DNA of 63,936 nucleotides, filler included, from Octopus bimaculoides (lineage: Eukaryota): assembly GCF_001194135.2 (NCBI RefSeq). It is 11 parts of 11 records of this genome, joined end to end, with 100 filler letters (N's around TTAATTAATTAA, not from the genome) between each part and the next. Parts side by side here need not be neighbours in the genome. Positions count along the whole stretch, not along the records: positions 20,167 to 27,317 come from NC_068981.1; positions 27,418 to 36,863 come from NC_068989.1; positions 36,964 to 43,968 come from NC_068999.1; 8 more parts are not named here. One strand, given 5' to 3'. A program made the position numbers and the translations under genes. The notes beneath the pieces are model-generated. The model ran no database searches and was not told the origin of the DNA. It saw only the letters and a list, made by a program, of their open reading frames with translations. Of the stretch, positions 23,090 through 39,088 are shown one piece after another (position 1 is the stretch's first letter; each line of letters begins with the position of its first letter).

Positions 23090-24050
23090 TACACACCGTA
23101 CTTCTCACACACTCTCCAGTGAACAAACTTAGTTACGTTATCGTGCTTCCTCTTGTATTCCTTTTGGTTCAGCTTGTTACACTCACCCACAACACGTGAT
23201 ATTGTTTTGTTTTATTCTGCCACACATCCTACAAAAGGGCGATTCACTGCTCTTATCTGCTTGGAACTTGGTGTTCTCAGAGCTTGTTCCTGGGTGTTGC
23301 ATATCAATGCTTCGGTGCATCCTTCAGACCACTTTTTCTTAACCACCTTCAGGTGTTGGTCTTGTATTTCCTTCCGATTTCTCTAAGGTATTCCCCATTC
23401 ATAGTTTTAATTTTTCAGTAGTTTAATTTTTGTTCTTCATCTTGTTTCTTAAATGGTTCTGGGTCCGTCACATTTTCTGTAGGTATCGTATTGCTATTTC
23501 CAACAGCGGCAAGCAAGGCTTCAATCTGCTATTTGACGTACCGTCCCAGATTGCATTCATCGTTGACAATACAGATATTGCATCCTATGAAGCCTCTTCC
23601 ACATTTGTACCTAGACACATACAGTCTATCGATATCGCTTTTAAGGTGTAGTTCTTTGTTCATTGTTATTACTTTCTTTGTTTTCTGTGTTTCCTCAAGC
23701 TCGATCTTCGTCCACCAGACAACTGCGCCGTATCTCATTCGAGAAACAATCTATGTATTCATTGCCCTGATCTGCATTCCATAAATTAATTTGGTTCTTA
23801 GGTATTCTCGCCTAAATCTTTCCTTCATCTCACTCTCCTCGATTATATCGTGCTACAAAATACTCACATATATCCATCAATCTCAACATCCTTAATTCTC
23901 TTGCCATTGGGTAGTTCTACACCATCAGATGACACGATTTACCTTTTTTTATAATAAGCATATCACACGCTTTCATCCCAAATACCATCCCGATACTGAG
24001 GAACTGCAGTGTTGAAATCAAGCCATTTATTTCACGTTCACTCTTCACGC
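23090..24050 (-). pseudogene. R4/Dong-like non-LTR retrotransposon ORF: RT C-terminal part, thumb and zinc knuckle
   Basis: GVELPNGKRIKDVE.., RYGAVVWWTKIELEE..KTKKVITMNKELHLKSDIDRLYVSR..GRGFIG, EALICNTQEQALRT, FCRMCG, GECNKLNQKEYKRKHDNVTKFVHWRVCEKYG. Confidence 0.9.
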
Positions 24051-24702
24051 AGATCATTGTCATTCATATGTGTGTATGTATGTGCGTGTACAAAGGAAGT
24101 ATGTGAAAGTATGTGTGAACCAGCGTTCTTTCAGTAACAAACGATGATCGATGTCACATCTGAAAAGACAACCACTAGATAACATTGACAAGTGTATGAA
24201 TTTGATTTACCATCCGTGTTTATATGTAAAATACTACAATTAGACGTAATTTTTGACAGCGTGGGGCCAGCTAGTCTTATTATGTTTCTGCTTCTCATTG
24301 TGTTACTTAGCCCGTCTGTAATGCTTTCCTGTGATTAGAGAAAAAAAAGGGAGAGAGGAAAAGCGGGAAAGAGAAAAGAGGGAGAGAGAAGTGCCCATGA
24401 TTTGAGGTAGAGGGAATGTAATTGTAACACTTTCACAGGATTAGTTGAAAGGAACGAGAGAAGAACGAAAAAAGAGAGAGATAAGGGGAAGTGTGAGACA
24501 GAAATAGGGAAAAAGAACAGACAGAAAAAGACGGAGAGAAAAAGAGAGAGAGAGAGAGGCGTCCATGACGTGAGGAAGGAGGTGCGTAATAATTTTAGTA
24601 TAGGACTGATATTCTGATGGTGAGGTTAAAAGGGCACAGAGAGAGGGGAGAGATAGGAGGACGAGAAAGAGGGGGACAGAGAGAGGGAGAGAGAGAAACT
24701 GC

Positions 24703-24866
24703 TTACTCGGTCATATTAGATTTGGCAAGGGCTTGATAGCCAGAGAAGATATGGTCAACTGTCTCATTGTGCTGGCTGCACATTCTGCATTTGGTGTTAG
24801 AGAATATTTTCATTATTTTGCATTTACAGTTGTTCGTGGTCAAGCATTGGTTTGTACAGTGAGAAT

Positions 24867-24870
<4 letters not shown>
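24703..24870 (-). pseudogene. R4/Dong-like zinc-knuckle fragment
   Basis: QCLTTNNCKCKIMKIFSNTKCRMCSQHNETVDHIFSGYQALAKS (CCHC knuckle CRMC..ET.DHI.SGC..LA); abuts an (AAT)n tract. Confidence 0.8.
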
Positions 24871-24905
<35 letters not shown>

Positions 24906-24954
24906 CCATAATAATGATGATGATAATGATAATAATAATAATTATTATTATAAT

Positions 24955-25080
24955 AAATTTCGCCGAGGTCGACTTTACCTTTCATCCTTTCGGGGTCAGT
25001 AAATTAAGTACTAGTTGAGTACAGCATTTGATGTGATCGACTTAGCCCTCGACCAAAATTCCAGGCCTATAGTAGAAAGG
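24955..25080 (+). mobile_element. SINE family B, 3' part
   Basis: aaatttcgccgaggtcgacttt.cctttcatcctttcggggtc..taaattaagtac...ggcctatagtagaaagg, followed by (ATT)n. Confidence 0.85.
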
Positions 25081-25115
<35 letters not shown>

Positions 25116-25125
25116 TATTATTATT

Positions 25126-25161
<36 letters not shown>

Positions 25162-25481
25162 ATTAATAATATTATTATTGCTATTATTAGTATTATTATT
25201 ATTATGTTAGTGCATGCTAATTTAGTCGCAGGTATTTTATCTTGAGGATTGGTGACAATAAGTCTCCTGAAATTTCAAGAATCTTCTTCTTCTTCTTCTT
25301 CTTCTTCTTCTTCTTCTTCTTCTTCTTCTTCTTCTTCTTCTTCTTCTTCTTCTTCTTCTTCTTCTATTATCATTATTATTATTTTTCACCTCATCATCAT
25401 CATCACAATCATCATCATCATCATCACAATCATCATCATCATCATCACCACCACCACCACCACCACCACCACTACCATCAC

Positions 25482-25513
<32 letters not shown>

Positions 25514-25572
25514 CCATCATCATCACCATCATCATCATCATCATAAATCATCATCATCATCACCATCATCAC

Positions 25573-25622
<50 letters not shown>

Positions 25623-25635
25623 CCATCATCATCAC

Positions 25636-25727
<92 letters not shown>

Positions 25728-25756
25728 ACAACAACAACAACAACAACAGCAACAAC
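25081..25756. repeat. Compound trinucleotide block (ATT/GTT, TCT, ATC/ACC, AAC)
   Basis: Directly visible; source of the poly-H, S, M, D and Q ORFs. Confidence 0.95.
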
Positions 25757-26770
25757 AAAAGCTGGAACTTTCTGATTTCCTACTTTGACTTTCATTGTGC
25801 CAAAACTAGGATTTCTACTTCAAGAATTTTTAACACCTAATAAAATACGCAGATTCTACTTCATATGTTGTGTAATTTTGCCTTTCGTTTGTAAACAGAC
25901 ATTCATACATGCTCACATACACACGTTCATTCATACACACTTACAAGCATTCATATAAGCATTTATACACATGCACATGCACATGCACACATCTATATAC
26001 GTATTTCTATATACATATAATTATATACATATATATATATAAATACATATAATTATATGCTTGTATATAGAAATACGTATATAGTTGTGTGCATGTGTAT
26101 AAATGCATATATGAATGCTTATATGTGTGTATGTCTCTGTGTGTATACAAGCTCCTATACAAAATGCATAATTGTTATCAGCATATATANNNNNNNNNNT
26201 ATATATATATATATATATTTACTCACACATATACATACATATGCGTGTGCTCTGTGTGCATGTGTATGTTTGTGTGTATAATGAGGTGTATAACTTTGGG
26301 GGAATATTGATATTTTTACATTAATCGTTTCCTTCAGCTTTCTAAAGTTTCTTTTCACCATTTTGCCTAACATTTCAGATATACGTTTATTGTGTGTGTC
26401 TGTGTGTCTGTGTATTTGTTTGTGAGTTCATATGTATATGTGAGCGTGGTGGTGCATGCGTGCGTGAATATATAGATATGAACATGTGTTAAAAAGCAGG
26501 GTGACTAGAACATATTTCTAAAACTTGCCGTTTTTCTGAATTACGCTATGTTCTGCATTATTTTACTTCATTTGTACCTATTTGATTTATACCCAGTAGA
26601 GTTAAAAGATAAGTGCAATGTGCTCCTCTATATGATTTGAAACACCTAAAGACAAAAATAACGCAGTCGTTTATATATTTTATATTTTTCATAGAAGCAA
26701 ATGTTTATCAGCACAAGAAAGACGAGAATGTATACTTACGTGGGTAAAAGAGGCATATATAATGAACTAA

Positions 26771-26819
<49 letters not shown>

Positions 26820-27275
26820 CGAGATACATAGATAGATAGACAGATAGATATTTTCTCTATATATATTCATATATGTACAAATATGTGTGTGGGTGCGTGT
26901 GCGCGTGTGTGTGTCTGTATATATGTATGTAGTTATATTTATATATATGCATATGTGCGTAGTGTCTTCATGTGATCACGTATATGCATATGAACTTATA
27001 CGTACTAATTATTGGTTAAGTACGTTGGCATACTCACGTGATAGTGGGTATGTGCATCTGCTTATATACGCGTGGATGTGTGTCGAAGCTACAGCGATTA
27101 TATACGTTTCTTTCTCATCAATTTTAACGATACAAGGCGCCAATTCCCAGTTGCCAATAAGTAATTGATATTCTGCGTTCAGCCGACTAAATTGATACAC
27201 ACTTCGTTCTGTATAGGCGCCATGAAATTTAAGCTGTCATGCACTTGATAAGGCATATATATATATATATATATA

Positions 27276-27317
<42 letters not shown>

Positions 27318-27815
27318 NNNNNNNNNNNNNNNNNNNNNNNNNNNNNNNNNNNNNNNNNNNNTTAATTAATTAANNNNNNNNNNNNNNNNNNNNNNNNNNN
27401 NNNNNNNNNNNNNNNNNATATATATATGCATGACAGGGGGTAGACAAGGTTAATGTACAAAACTATTCTTACATAACAGGGTCTATACATACACGCCCAA
27501 ATGTATATGTATAACATATATGTACATACCTATTTAAACGCACACACATTCGCATATACCCACACATATATACATATCTATATATTTATATACACATATA
27601 CACATACATATAATTTGCATACAAACGCACTCATAAGATGTATCTGCACATATACACATAAACATACGTGCGAATATAGCTATTCAAATCCATATTCATA
27701 TCCATACATATATGTATGCATTTGTGAATGTGATTGTGGGTGTACACTTCCACCTTATCCATTTATACTCTAACACAAACGCATACACACACACGCACGT
27801 GTAGATGACTGTATG

Positions 27816-27855
<40 letters not shown>

Positions 27856-28086
27856 NNNNNNNNNNNNNNNNNNNNNNNNNNNNNNNNNNNNNNNNNNNNN
27901 NNNNNNNNNNNNNNNNNNNNNNNNNNNNNNNNNNNNNNNNNNNNNNNNNNNNNNNNNNNNNNNNNNNNNNNNNNNNNNNNNNNNNNNNNNNNNNNNNNNN
28001 NNNNNNNNNNNNNNNNNNNNNNNNNNNNNNNNNNNNNNNNNNNNNNNNNNNNNNNNNNNNNNNNNNNNNNNNNNNNNNNNNNNNNN

Positions 28087-28141
<55 letters not shown>

Positions 28142-28676
28142 TATGTATGTATATATGTATATATATGCGGTTTCATATGGACATGAGTTAGCAGAATAAT
28201 TAGAGCAGTATATGCAATTTTTTTGTTCGTCGTTGCACTTTGCTGATTTCTGCCTTCTAATTAGCACCAGTTCATATTTAAAGGATTTCCATAAAACAAT
28301 GTGCCAGTTTTACACTGGTTCTGTATCATCAAATGTCGAGTTAAACAGAGATGGCGTATGCCTTCAAGGTAACTATACCGGCACCTACACGCGTCAGTTA
28401 AGTGCATATTGCAAGATAACATATATTATTGTTTACGAATGAATGGTAATTTTATTTCACAAATGCATACATATTTGTAGGAATGGAAATATATTGATAC
28501 GTTGATATATATTGTCATACGTATGTACATACACACACACATATGTATACATATATATAAATATATATCAACACATATATATCTACATGCATATAGATAG
28601 AGACTATACACACATGTATATAAATTTACTTACGTATGTATATATATTAAGTGATATATGTATACACACACACGTA

Positions 28677-28783
<107 letters not shown>

Positions 28784-30297
28784 GTATATGTGTGTGTGTG
28801 CGTGTTTGTGCTTGTGTGTGTGTGTGCATGTATGTATTATACTATTGTTTTGTAGATGTGAGTTTCCGTTACTCGGTTGGTATTACATTACGCGCAGAAG
28901 TGAACGATCAAATGCTCGGACGTTACGTGCGCGTTTGCAAGGTGTCCGTTTGTTTCTGTTTATTGCCTAAGTCATTTCTGTGTCATTCTCTTAAAACCAT
29001 GTAAGCGAGGTGAAACAACAGGTGGATAAGGAGTCGGCAGGAGACTCTTCCTGGAAGTAACACCTAAATGCCTCCATAAAATGATTGTTCTGTCTTAAAA
29101 CGGTTGGTTGTGATCTGTTGTACAGAAAACACGTGTTCAATAGCTATGAGGATTATACGGAGAAAGATCGTAGATTTTGCCGTTGAGGGAAGACCTAAGT
29201 TTGAACGATATTAGCATGAATATGTGTCCTTATGTGCGTGTATATGTGTGTGAGTGTGTCTGTGAATGTATGCGTGTGTTCGGGAGCGTGTGCGTGTGCA
29301 TGGGGCATGTGTATGTGTTCGTATAACTGTAAGTAAACGCGCGTGTGTGTGCTGGAGTGCGTATGCTTGTAAATGTGTCTCTAATAAGCATTTGCATATG
29401 CACACACACACACACACACTCACACACACACACACAGACACACACAAATGTGTATATATAAGAATCCACGTGCATATACCCACACGTGTATGTATACATG
29501 TGTGTGCGTAGAGACTGAGAGATTGAAAGAGAGACTGATATACAAATGCATGTATACACATGCACACACACACACGCACGCACGTATAGATATAGATATA
29601 CATACACATGTTTGTGTGTGTGTGTGTGTTTGCTTGTGTGCGTATGCATCATCAAAACACAAACACACACACACAAATATCCAAACTTCATACATGTTAT
29701 ATATTTGTACCTGCATTTGTGTGTGTGTTCATGCAAATGACTATTTATATATATATGTTTATGATAAATGTATATGTGTCACTGTGCACGCATGAAAGCT
29801 TTGCGTGCACATAAAACGTGTTATAACTCTATAAATATTACTGAAATCCGTCCGTTACGTTCAACAGATTTGTGGGTCATCAGCCATTTAGGGCAAATAA
29901 TCCCCCATGATATTCCATGAATATCATAAATGTTAGCATTCCAAATCTGTTGGAAATGATGACTACCTGTTGCAACCAATTGGGGAATGGGAAGCTACTC
30001 CAATGTCACCATTCTTGTTAGGCGCTATGTGTCAACATATTCTGTACTGCTATCGATTATCTGGTTCATGCACACAGAGACATACTTACGTACATCATTA
30101 AACTATAACTACGCGCACACCCACACACCCACGCACACACACACATACACAAAGATTTATACATGTTTATGTGTGTGTGTGTTGTTGTGTGTGTATACAG
30201 TGTTTTATTGTTCTTATACGTTTCAGCCCAAAGGCTGTGACCATGCAAGGGGACTGCCGATGCCATCACCTTCTTTAGATATGTACGCATGTGTGTG

Positions 30298-30338
<41 letters not shown>

Positions 30339-30747
30339 NNNNNNNNNNNNNNNNNNNNNNNNNNNNNNNNNNNNNNNNNNNNNNNNNNNNNNNNNNNNNN
30401 NNNNNNNNNNNNNNNNNNNNNNNNNNNNNNNNNNNNNNNNNNNNNNNNNNNNNNNNNNNNNNNNNNNNNNNNNNNNNNNNNNNNNNNNNNNNNNNNNNNN
30501 NNNNNNNNNNNNNNNNNNNNNNNNNNNNNNNNNNNNNNNNNNNNNNNNNNNNNNNNNNNNNNNNNNNNNNNNNNNNNNNNNNNNNNNNNNNNNNNNNNNN
30601 NNNNNNNNNNNNNNNNNNNNNNNNNNNNNNNNNNNNNNNNNNNNNNNNNNNNNNNNNNNNNNNNNNNNNNNNNNNNNNNNNNNNNNNNNNNNNNNNNNNN
30701 NNNNNNNNNNNNNNNNNNNNNNNNNNNNNNNNNNNNNNNNNNNNNNN

Positions 30748-30779
<32 letters not shown>

Positions 30780-32468
30780 TTCATACATACATACATACAT
30801 ACATGCATATATACATATATATATATATATACATATCCATATGCATATAGACGTACATATATAGATATCTATATATATATATATATACATGTGTATGTCT
30901 GTCTGTATAAACATATATACATATATATATATCTATTCATATACACACACACACAGAGACAAATACACACACACATACACACACACGCACATATACAGGT
31001 ATGTGTGTGTGGGCGTGTGTGTCTAGATGTACCTAATTATATACGAATACACAACTGAAATAAACATACCTCTACATAAATACAAGGTGTGACGTGCATT
31101 TCGCCGGTCATTTATTTGCTATTGAATGTGCGACCTGACAAATATCAGAGTAAAATATAAGAAACTGTCAGTGTAACTCTATATATCCCGTTCCAAATAC
31201 TTACATATATTCCTTGCATTTATTTGGATTCATGCCTTAATTTTTCACACTTAATTGCTTACAGATAATAAAGACTTCAGCCGTTAGGTACTGCACACAT
31301 AAATGCTTAAAAGAAATGTTAATGCATGCAGGTAAATGTATATGCAAAACTCATTTATGTCCATATATACACTTGTCTATATGTATGCGAATTTCTATAA
31401 ATTTATATATATATATGTATGTGTGTGTCTGTGTGCGTGTGTATGGGGGTGCATGTGTGTGATTGTATAATCTCTATACTTATATATATATATATACACA
31501 CATATATATAATAATTATAATATATATATATCGTCATATATATATATATATATATANNNNNNNNNNNNNNNNNNNNNNNNNNNNNNNNNNNNNNNNNNNN
31601 NNNNNNNNNNNNNNNNNNNNNNNNNNNNNNNNNNNNNNNNNNNNNNNNNNNNNNNNNNNNNNNNNNNNNNNNNNNNNNNNNNNNNNNNNNNNNNNNNNNN
31701 NNNNNNNNNNNNNNNNNNNNNNNNNNNNNNNNNNNNNNNNNNNNNNNNNNNNNNNNNNNNNNNNNNNNNNNNNNNNNNNNNNNNNNNNNNNNNNNNNNNN
31801 NNNNNNNNNNNNNNNNNNNNNNNNNNNNNNNNNNNNNNNNNNNNNNNNNNNNNNNNNNNNNNNNNNNNNNNNNNNNNNNNNNNNNNNNNNNNNNNNNNNN
31901 NNNNNNNNNNNNNNNNNNNNNNNNNNNNNNNNNNNNNNNNNNNNNNNNNNNNNNNNNNNNNNNNNNNNNNNNNNNNNNNNNNNNNNNNNNNNNNNNNNNN
32001 NNNNNNNNNNNNNNNNNNNNNNNNNNNNNNNNNNNNNNNNNNNNNNNNNNNNNNNNNNNNNNNNNNNNNNNNNNNNNNNNNNNNNNNNNNNNNNNNNNNN
32101 NNNNNNNNNNNNNNNNNNNNNNNNNNNNNNNNNNNNNNNNNNNNNNNNNNNNNNNNNNNNNNNNNNNNNNNNNNNNNNNNNNNNNNNNNNNNNNNNNNNN
32201 NNNNNNNNNNNNNNNNNNNNNNNNNNNNNNNNNNNNNNNNNNNNNNNNNNNNNNNNNNNNNNNNNNNNNNNNNNNNNNNNNNNNNNNNNNNNNNNNNNNN
32301 NNNNNNNNNNNNNNNNNNNNNNNNNNNNNNNNNNNNNNNNNNNNNNNNNNNNNNNNNNNNNNNNNNNNNNNNNNNNNNNNNNNNNNNNNNNNNNNNNNNN
32401 NNNNNNNNNNNNNNNNNNNNNNNNNNNNNNNNNNNNTATATATATGCCGGGATGGGTGGATAGATAGC

Positions 32469-32529
<61 letters not shown>

Positions 32530-33146
32530 GACAGCATTTGTAGGTTTTCCATGGGCTTCTTTTCACATAGGAAACAACCCCTCAGAGGAAATAACGCACG
32601 TAAGAACAATTATACCCTCGGTGTACATGATGGCAAATAAGGTAGACCTTATTGCAACACTCTTTGCTCAAGCGGTGTTGCAGAAATTTTCAAATTTGCA
32701 GGTGGGAATCCACCCCTGTCATACACATGATTTCTTGAAAACAACTTCTGAAGTTTTACAGCTTCGAGTAAGTTGTATTCTTTGTTTACGTTCAGGCACA
32801 TAGCGAGTGTTTCTACGTTTCTCATTTATTAAAGGCCCCAGCTGATTTGCCGGAATTTGTATGCCGTGGCTCATATACTGAAGTGTCTTATTCATATATT
32901 TGTTTATATATGTTAATACGTGTTGTTTTGTTTGTCTATTCATGGGTTAATTTTACTTAATAATACCTGTGAGGCACAGTTTTATTTTTCCTCTCTCTCT
33001 ATTTCACAAATCTACCAAAGTCATACATATATAAACATATACGTACATACATAATATATACATGCATGCATGTATGTATACATCCTCACACACGTACATG
33101 CATTCATATATGTCTATCCCTGCATGAATGTATATCTATCTATCTA

Positions 33147-33191
<45 letters not shown>

Positions 33192-33929
33192 ATTATAAGA
33201 TCTGGTAATTAGTCATATATTAATATNNNNNNNNNNNNNNNNNNNNNNNNNNNNNNNNNNNNNNNNNNNNNNNNNNNNNNNNNNNNNNNNNNNNNNNNNN
33301 NNNNNNNNNNNNNNNNNNNNNNNNNNNNNNNNNNNNNNNNNNNNNNNNNNNNNNNNNNNNNNNNNNNNNNNNNNNNNNNNNNNNNNNNNNNNNNNNNNNN
33401 NNNNNNNNNNNNNNNNNNNNNNNNNNNNNNNNNNNNNNNNNNNNNNNNNNNNNNNNNNNNNNNNNNNNNNNNNNNNNNNNNNNNNNNNNNNNNNNNNNNN
33501 NNNNNNNNNNNNNNNNNNNNNNNNNNNNNNNNNNNNNNNNNNNNNNNNNNNNNNNNNNNNNNNNNNNNNNNNNNNNNNNNNNNNNNNNNNNNNNNNNNNN
33601 NNNNATATATATATATATATATAGTAATAAGAAAATGGAGGGGGAATAGGTGATATTCATCAACTTGCAGACATTGTCTTGTGTCAATTTACCTGTTTAT
33701 ATATATATATATGCGTGTGTGTACATGTATGCATATAACCTTCGTCTCACACACACGGGTGCGTTCACGCAAACACGCACATGCACACACCCATATACAC
33801 ACCCATGTGAAAGGATAAAAATATAGTCTAGGTTTCATTTGCATACATACATACATATATACATACATATACATGCATGCATACATACATACATGCATAC
33901 ATACATTCATTCAAACATACATACATACA

Positions 33930-33962
<33 letters not shown>

Positions 33963-34238
33963 GTATGTATAACGAGTGGATATGACATGGGTCAGTGTTC
34001 TTAGGATAAGTTGATAAGTGTAACTATGGAAACTGTGATATCAAATCAATAACATGCTTCATGCACCACCCTACACAGTTTATGACTGACGGCTTTGATG
34101 ACACCATTCGTATAGAAACCATGTCTGTGTCATTGGTATAAAACACAAAACCACACCTCGACACACCCATACACCCATATCCGTACAACATGTATTCAAG
34201 CAGAACGTAACATGTATACATATGTCTGTGGGCTGTAT

Positions 34239-34309
<71 letters not shown>

Positions 34310-34364
34310 CATAATCTTAATAATAATAATAATATATATATGTGTGTGTGTTTGTATGTGTGTA

Positions 34365-34417
<53 letters not shown>

Positions 34418-34542
34418 NNNNNNNNNNNNNNNNNNNNNNNNNNNNNNNNNNNNNNNNNNNNNNNNNNNNNNNNNNNNNNNNNNNNNNNNNNNNNNNNNNN
34501 NNNNNNNNNNNNNNNNNNNNNNNNNNNNNNNNNNNNNNNNNN

Positions 34543-34586
<44 letters not shown>

Positions 34587-36329
34587 GGATTTATACGCAA
34601 ATACCGACTAATACAGGCATAGATATACGAAAGTCAACACACAGAAATTCCTATACACACTAACTGCATGCGTTGATGCATAGACAATTAAACGCTTTCA
34701 TTTGTGCTTGGAGATATAAACACAAACACAAAGACATACACACGCACGCACATGCCTACACACACGCATATACTCACTCATATGTGTCTGTAGGCACAGC
34801 CATCAACCCAATAAAGTTTCTGGTTTCGAAGCCGGCTTTTTATTGCAGGAAAGAAACCATAAGTACAAACTTACGTTCATTCAGTCAATAACATACATGC
34901 AATACATACATATGTACATACACGCACACACACATTCATAAATTCATATTATATATACATATATACATGCATGCATACACACATATATATATATATAACC
35001 TATCTTGAAAAGCTTGTATTCATAAAACTTGCTTGGACGCAGATATTTCTTACATTTTATTGAAAATTCATTTTATAAAACTGAAAATATTTATAACAGT
35101 TCTGGAGTTTAACATTTACTGCTTGTCTATAGACAAAAATATTTGTAGTTTTTGCTTACATTTTTTTTTACCAAATACATATGGTTTAGTTAATAGTATA
35201 TATACATATATATACATATATNNNNNNNNNNATATATATATATGTACATATATATACAGACATAAGTGTTAACATGTAAATAAAAACAATACAGATCCAA
35301 ATATGAGGTAACAGGTATGTATGCACACGTATACAGGCTGGCACACATATATACAAAAACATACACATGCGGATATGTGTAAGTATATACATATGTTCTT
35401 ATGCGTAGTCAGGTACCGTATACAGACATACATATCTGTATACACCTGTAATTACACACATACAAAATTACAAATATACATTCAAATATACCTTCATATC
35501 TACAGTCATTCATTCATACATACATGTATACACACGTGCACATATGCGTAGATACATATATGCATACGTATGTGAGTACATTTCTATATGAAGACATGCG
35601 TTCGAAGAGGCTCTCATATATGCATTCCTACGTATGTACATACATATGTTCTCACATATATATACATATACTAATGGGCAGTCATGCATACAAACATATG
35701 CAATTTATACATACAGACATATTCATTTATACATACATACATACATACATACATGCACACTTCCGTACAGAACCTACTTTCGCATATAGACATATAAGGC
35801 CTTACGTTAATTCAGAAAAAAAACACACATACGTTAAAGCCGATTTTAAAAATGAAATAATAGAATTTGCCACCTACCACCTCCGTTTAAAATGGTATGT
35901 TCCTTTATAATCCGAATATTTATTTGTTTTTCAAGAAACCTGATGTTCACGCTTTTAGATCCTTGGTAATATCATTGTTGTTCTTATATGTGTGTGTGNN
36001 NNNNNNNNTATATATATATATATATATTAAATTAAATGAGTGTTAACGAGTATCCGCAAGTAATCCAATTATTTCTCCTTATATTCCAAACGCGGTTTGA
36101 ATTTTTACTTTCATAAGTATCTTCTCGGAATTAAAATCCTTATATTTTTGCAATGAACATCGTTTTACAACTTTCGTTGTTTTCTTGAATGTTTTTTTCT
36201 TTCTCATTTAGCTTAGGGATCAACTGCTTCCCGTATGAAATACGCAGATTTGGTAATAATAGCCCTGCCTGTCCTTAATTGTAATGAAATTCTTACAAAA
36301 AAGTAACTGGAGTTTGTTGAACGATTTAT

Positions 36330-36363
<34 letters not shown>

Positions 36364-36963
36364 GTGCTAATGTTTGTTCTTTAGTTTAGTTCTGTTATTC
36401 TTCGTTGAGTTTGAAACAATGCGGTTCTGCTGACGTTACAGAACCGACACTAACACTATGAGTGTGTAGACATACACACACATAAACATGTAGAATATAC
36501 TTCTATATATAGATAATATACAAAACATGTAGAACACATATATATGTACAGATATTTACACATTTATGCATACATAGGTACACAACCTTAATGATTATAT
36601 ACAATCAAGATACATACATACACACATTGATATATATATATATATAATATATAATATCTGTATGTACGTACGTGATGCGGTTTATTTATATTTAGTTAAA
36701 AGATCTAAAATTCAAATTCCTTGACATTCTTCAAATCTGTTTAGATATATTCGTCTATTTATGCATGTGTTGCATGTATGATTTGTACTTATTCGTGATC
36801 ATGCAGTTCGTCTTTTCTTCAATACATACACACATACGTGCATATATTCATATGTATATATATNNNNNNNNNNNNNNNNNNNNNNNNNNNNNNNNNNNNN
36901 NNNNNNNTTAATTAATTAANNNNNNNNNNNNNNNNNNNNNNNNNNNNNNNNNNNNNNNNNNNN

Positions 36964-37185
36964 GCCCACAAGGGGCTATACACAGAGGGGACAAACAAAG
37001 ACATACAAAGGGATCACGTCGATTACATCGCCCCCAGTACGCAACTGGTAATTTATTTATCGGCTCCGAAAGGATGAAAGGCAAAGTCGACCTCGGCAGA
37101 ATTTGAACTCAGAACGTAACAGCAGACGAAATACCGCTAAGTATTTCGCCCGCCGCGCTAACGTTTCTGCCAGCTCACCGCCTTA
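36964..37185 (-). mobile_element. SINE family B, long-tail variant
   Basis: Head aaggcggtgagctggcagaaacgttag.. through the core, to the tail ...ccctttgtatgtctttgtttgtcccctctgtgtatagccccttgtgggc. Confidence 0.9.
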
Positions 37186-38866
37186 AGACATACTTCTTGA
37201 CACACAGCATTACCTATACTTAGAGAAATTAAGACGGTAAATATCGTTCATATATAATAGCACATGAAGAGCATTTTGATTCTGTACATCCCGTCTTATG
37301 GATAACATTTGAGAGGTCGTTGGCTGTATTCATTTGGCCGGGATTTATAGTACATTAAGTCACACTCTCTCTCGAACACACACACACATATGCTCTTAGA
37401 ATTATACATTCATACACACATACACATAAATATACGTATAACCACAGACTATGAGAACGGTAGGTGTGTACAGAACCATGTAATGATACACAGGGTAACA
37501 TACAAACTCTCTCTCGGTCTCTTTCTCACAGTCTCTCCCTCTATCTCCCTCTCTCCCTCTCGCTAATTCCTTCTCTGTCTGTCGCATGTACATATAGAAA
37601 TTTTACGTGCATTATTATATATAAATGTGAGTGCGCGTATAAGTGTCCGCGTGTGTAAGTATGTGTGTGTGTATGCTTGTATGTGTGTGAACATGCGTTC
37701 ATTTTTATATGTGTGCGTGTGTATGTAAGTGTCCGTGATCTTGCCTGCGTGACTATAAGGTATTTCTAACAGATAGTTATAAAAACAAAATTATGCCCTA
37801 TGGACACATACAGAAACACTAGCATATACGTATGTATACGTACATGTATATATACTTATACCTATATGTGTATATAACTGCGTATACCTATATGTAAGTG
37901 TGTGTATATTTCTGTATATACATCGATATATATATATGTGTGTATATATATATATATGTATATATGTGTATGTAGATGTATATATATATCTATACATATA
38001 TATATATATATATATATGTGTGTATACATATGTGTGTATATATANNNNNNNNNNNNNNNNNNNNNNNNNNNNNNNNNNNNNNNNNNNNNNNNNNNNNNNN
38101 NNNNNNNNNNNNNNNNNNNNNNNNNNNNNNNNNNNNNNNNNNNNNNNNNNNNNNNNNNNNNNNNNNNNNNNNNNNNNNNNNNNNNNNNNNNNNNNNNNNN
38201 NNNNNNNNNNNNNNNNNNNNNNNNNNNNNNNNNNNNNNNNNNNNNNNNNNNNNNNNNNNNNNNNNNNNNNNNNNNNNNNNNNNNNNNNNNNNNNNNNNNN
38301 NNNNNNNNNNNNNNNNNNNNNNNNNNNNNNNNNNNNNNNNNNNNNNNNNNNNNNNNNNNNNNNNNNNNNNNNNNNNNNNNNNNNNNNNNNNNNNNNNNNN
38401 NNNNNNNNNNNNNNNNNNNNNNNNNNNNNNNNNNNNNNNNNNNNNNNNNNNNNNNNNNNNNNNNNNNNNNNNNNNNNNNNNNNNNNNNNNNNNNNNNNNN
38501 NNNNNNNNNNNNNNNNNNNNNNNNNNNNNNNNNNNNNNNNNNNNNNNNNNNNNNNNNNNNNNNNNNNNNNNNNNNNNNNNNNNNNNNNNNNNNNNNNNNN
38601 NNNNNNNNNNNNNNNNNNNNNNNNNNNNNNNNATATATATATATATATACACACATATATATACACACATATATATACACATATATATATACACATAGAT
38701 AGATACGTATAGATACAGGTACACACACATATACCTACTCACCCACATACATTCATACATACAGACATGCATATATACATACATACGTACATACGTACAC
38801 ATACACATACAACCATCTATCCATATACACACACACACATATATATATATATATGTATATATATGC

Positions 38867-38914
<48 letters not shown>

Positions 38915-38989
38915 NNNNNNNNNNNNNNNNNNNNNNNNNNNNNNNNNNNNNNNNNNNNNNNNNNNNNNNNNNNNNNNNNNNNNNNNNNN

Positions 38990-39088
<99 letters not shown>

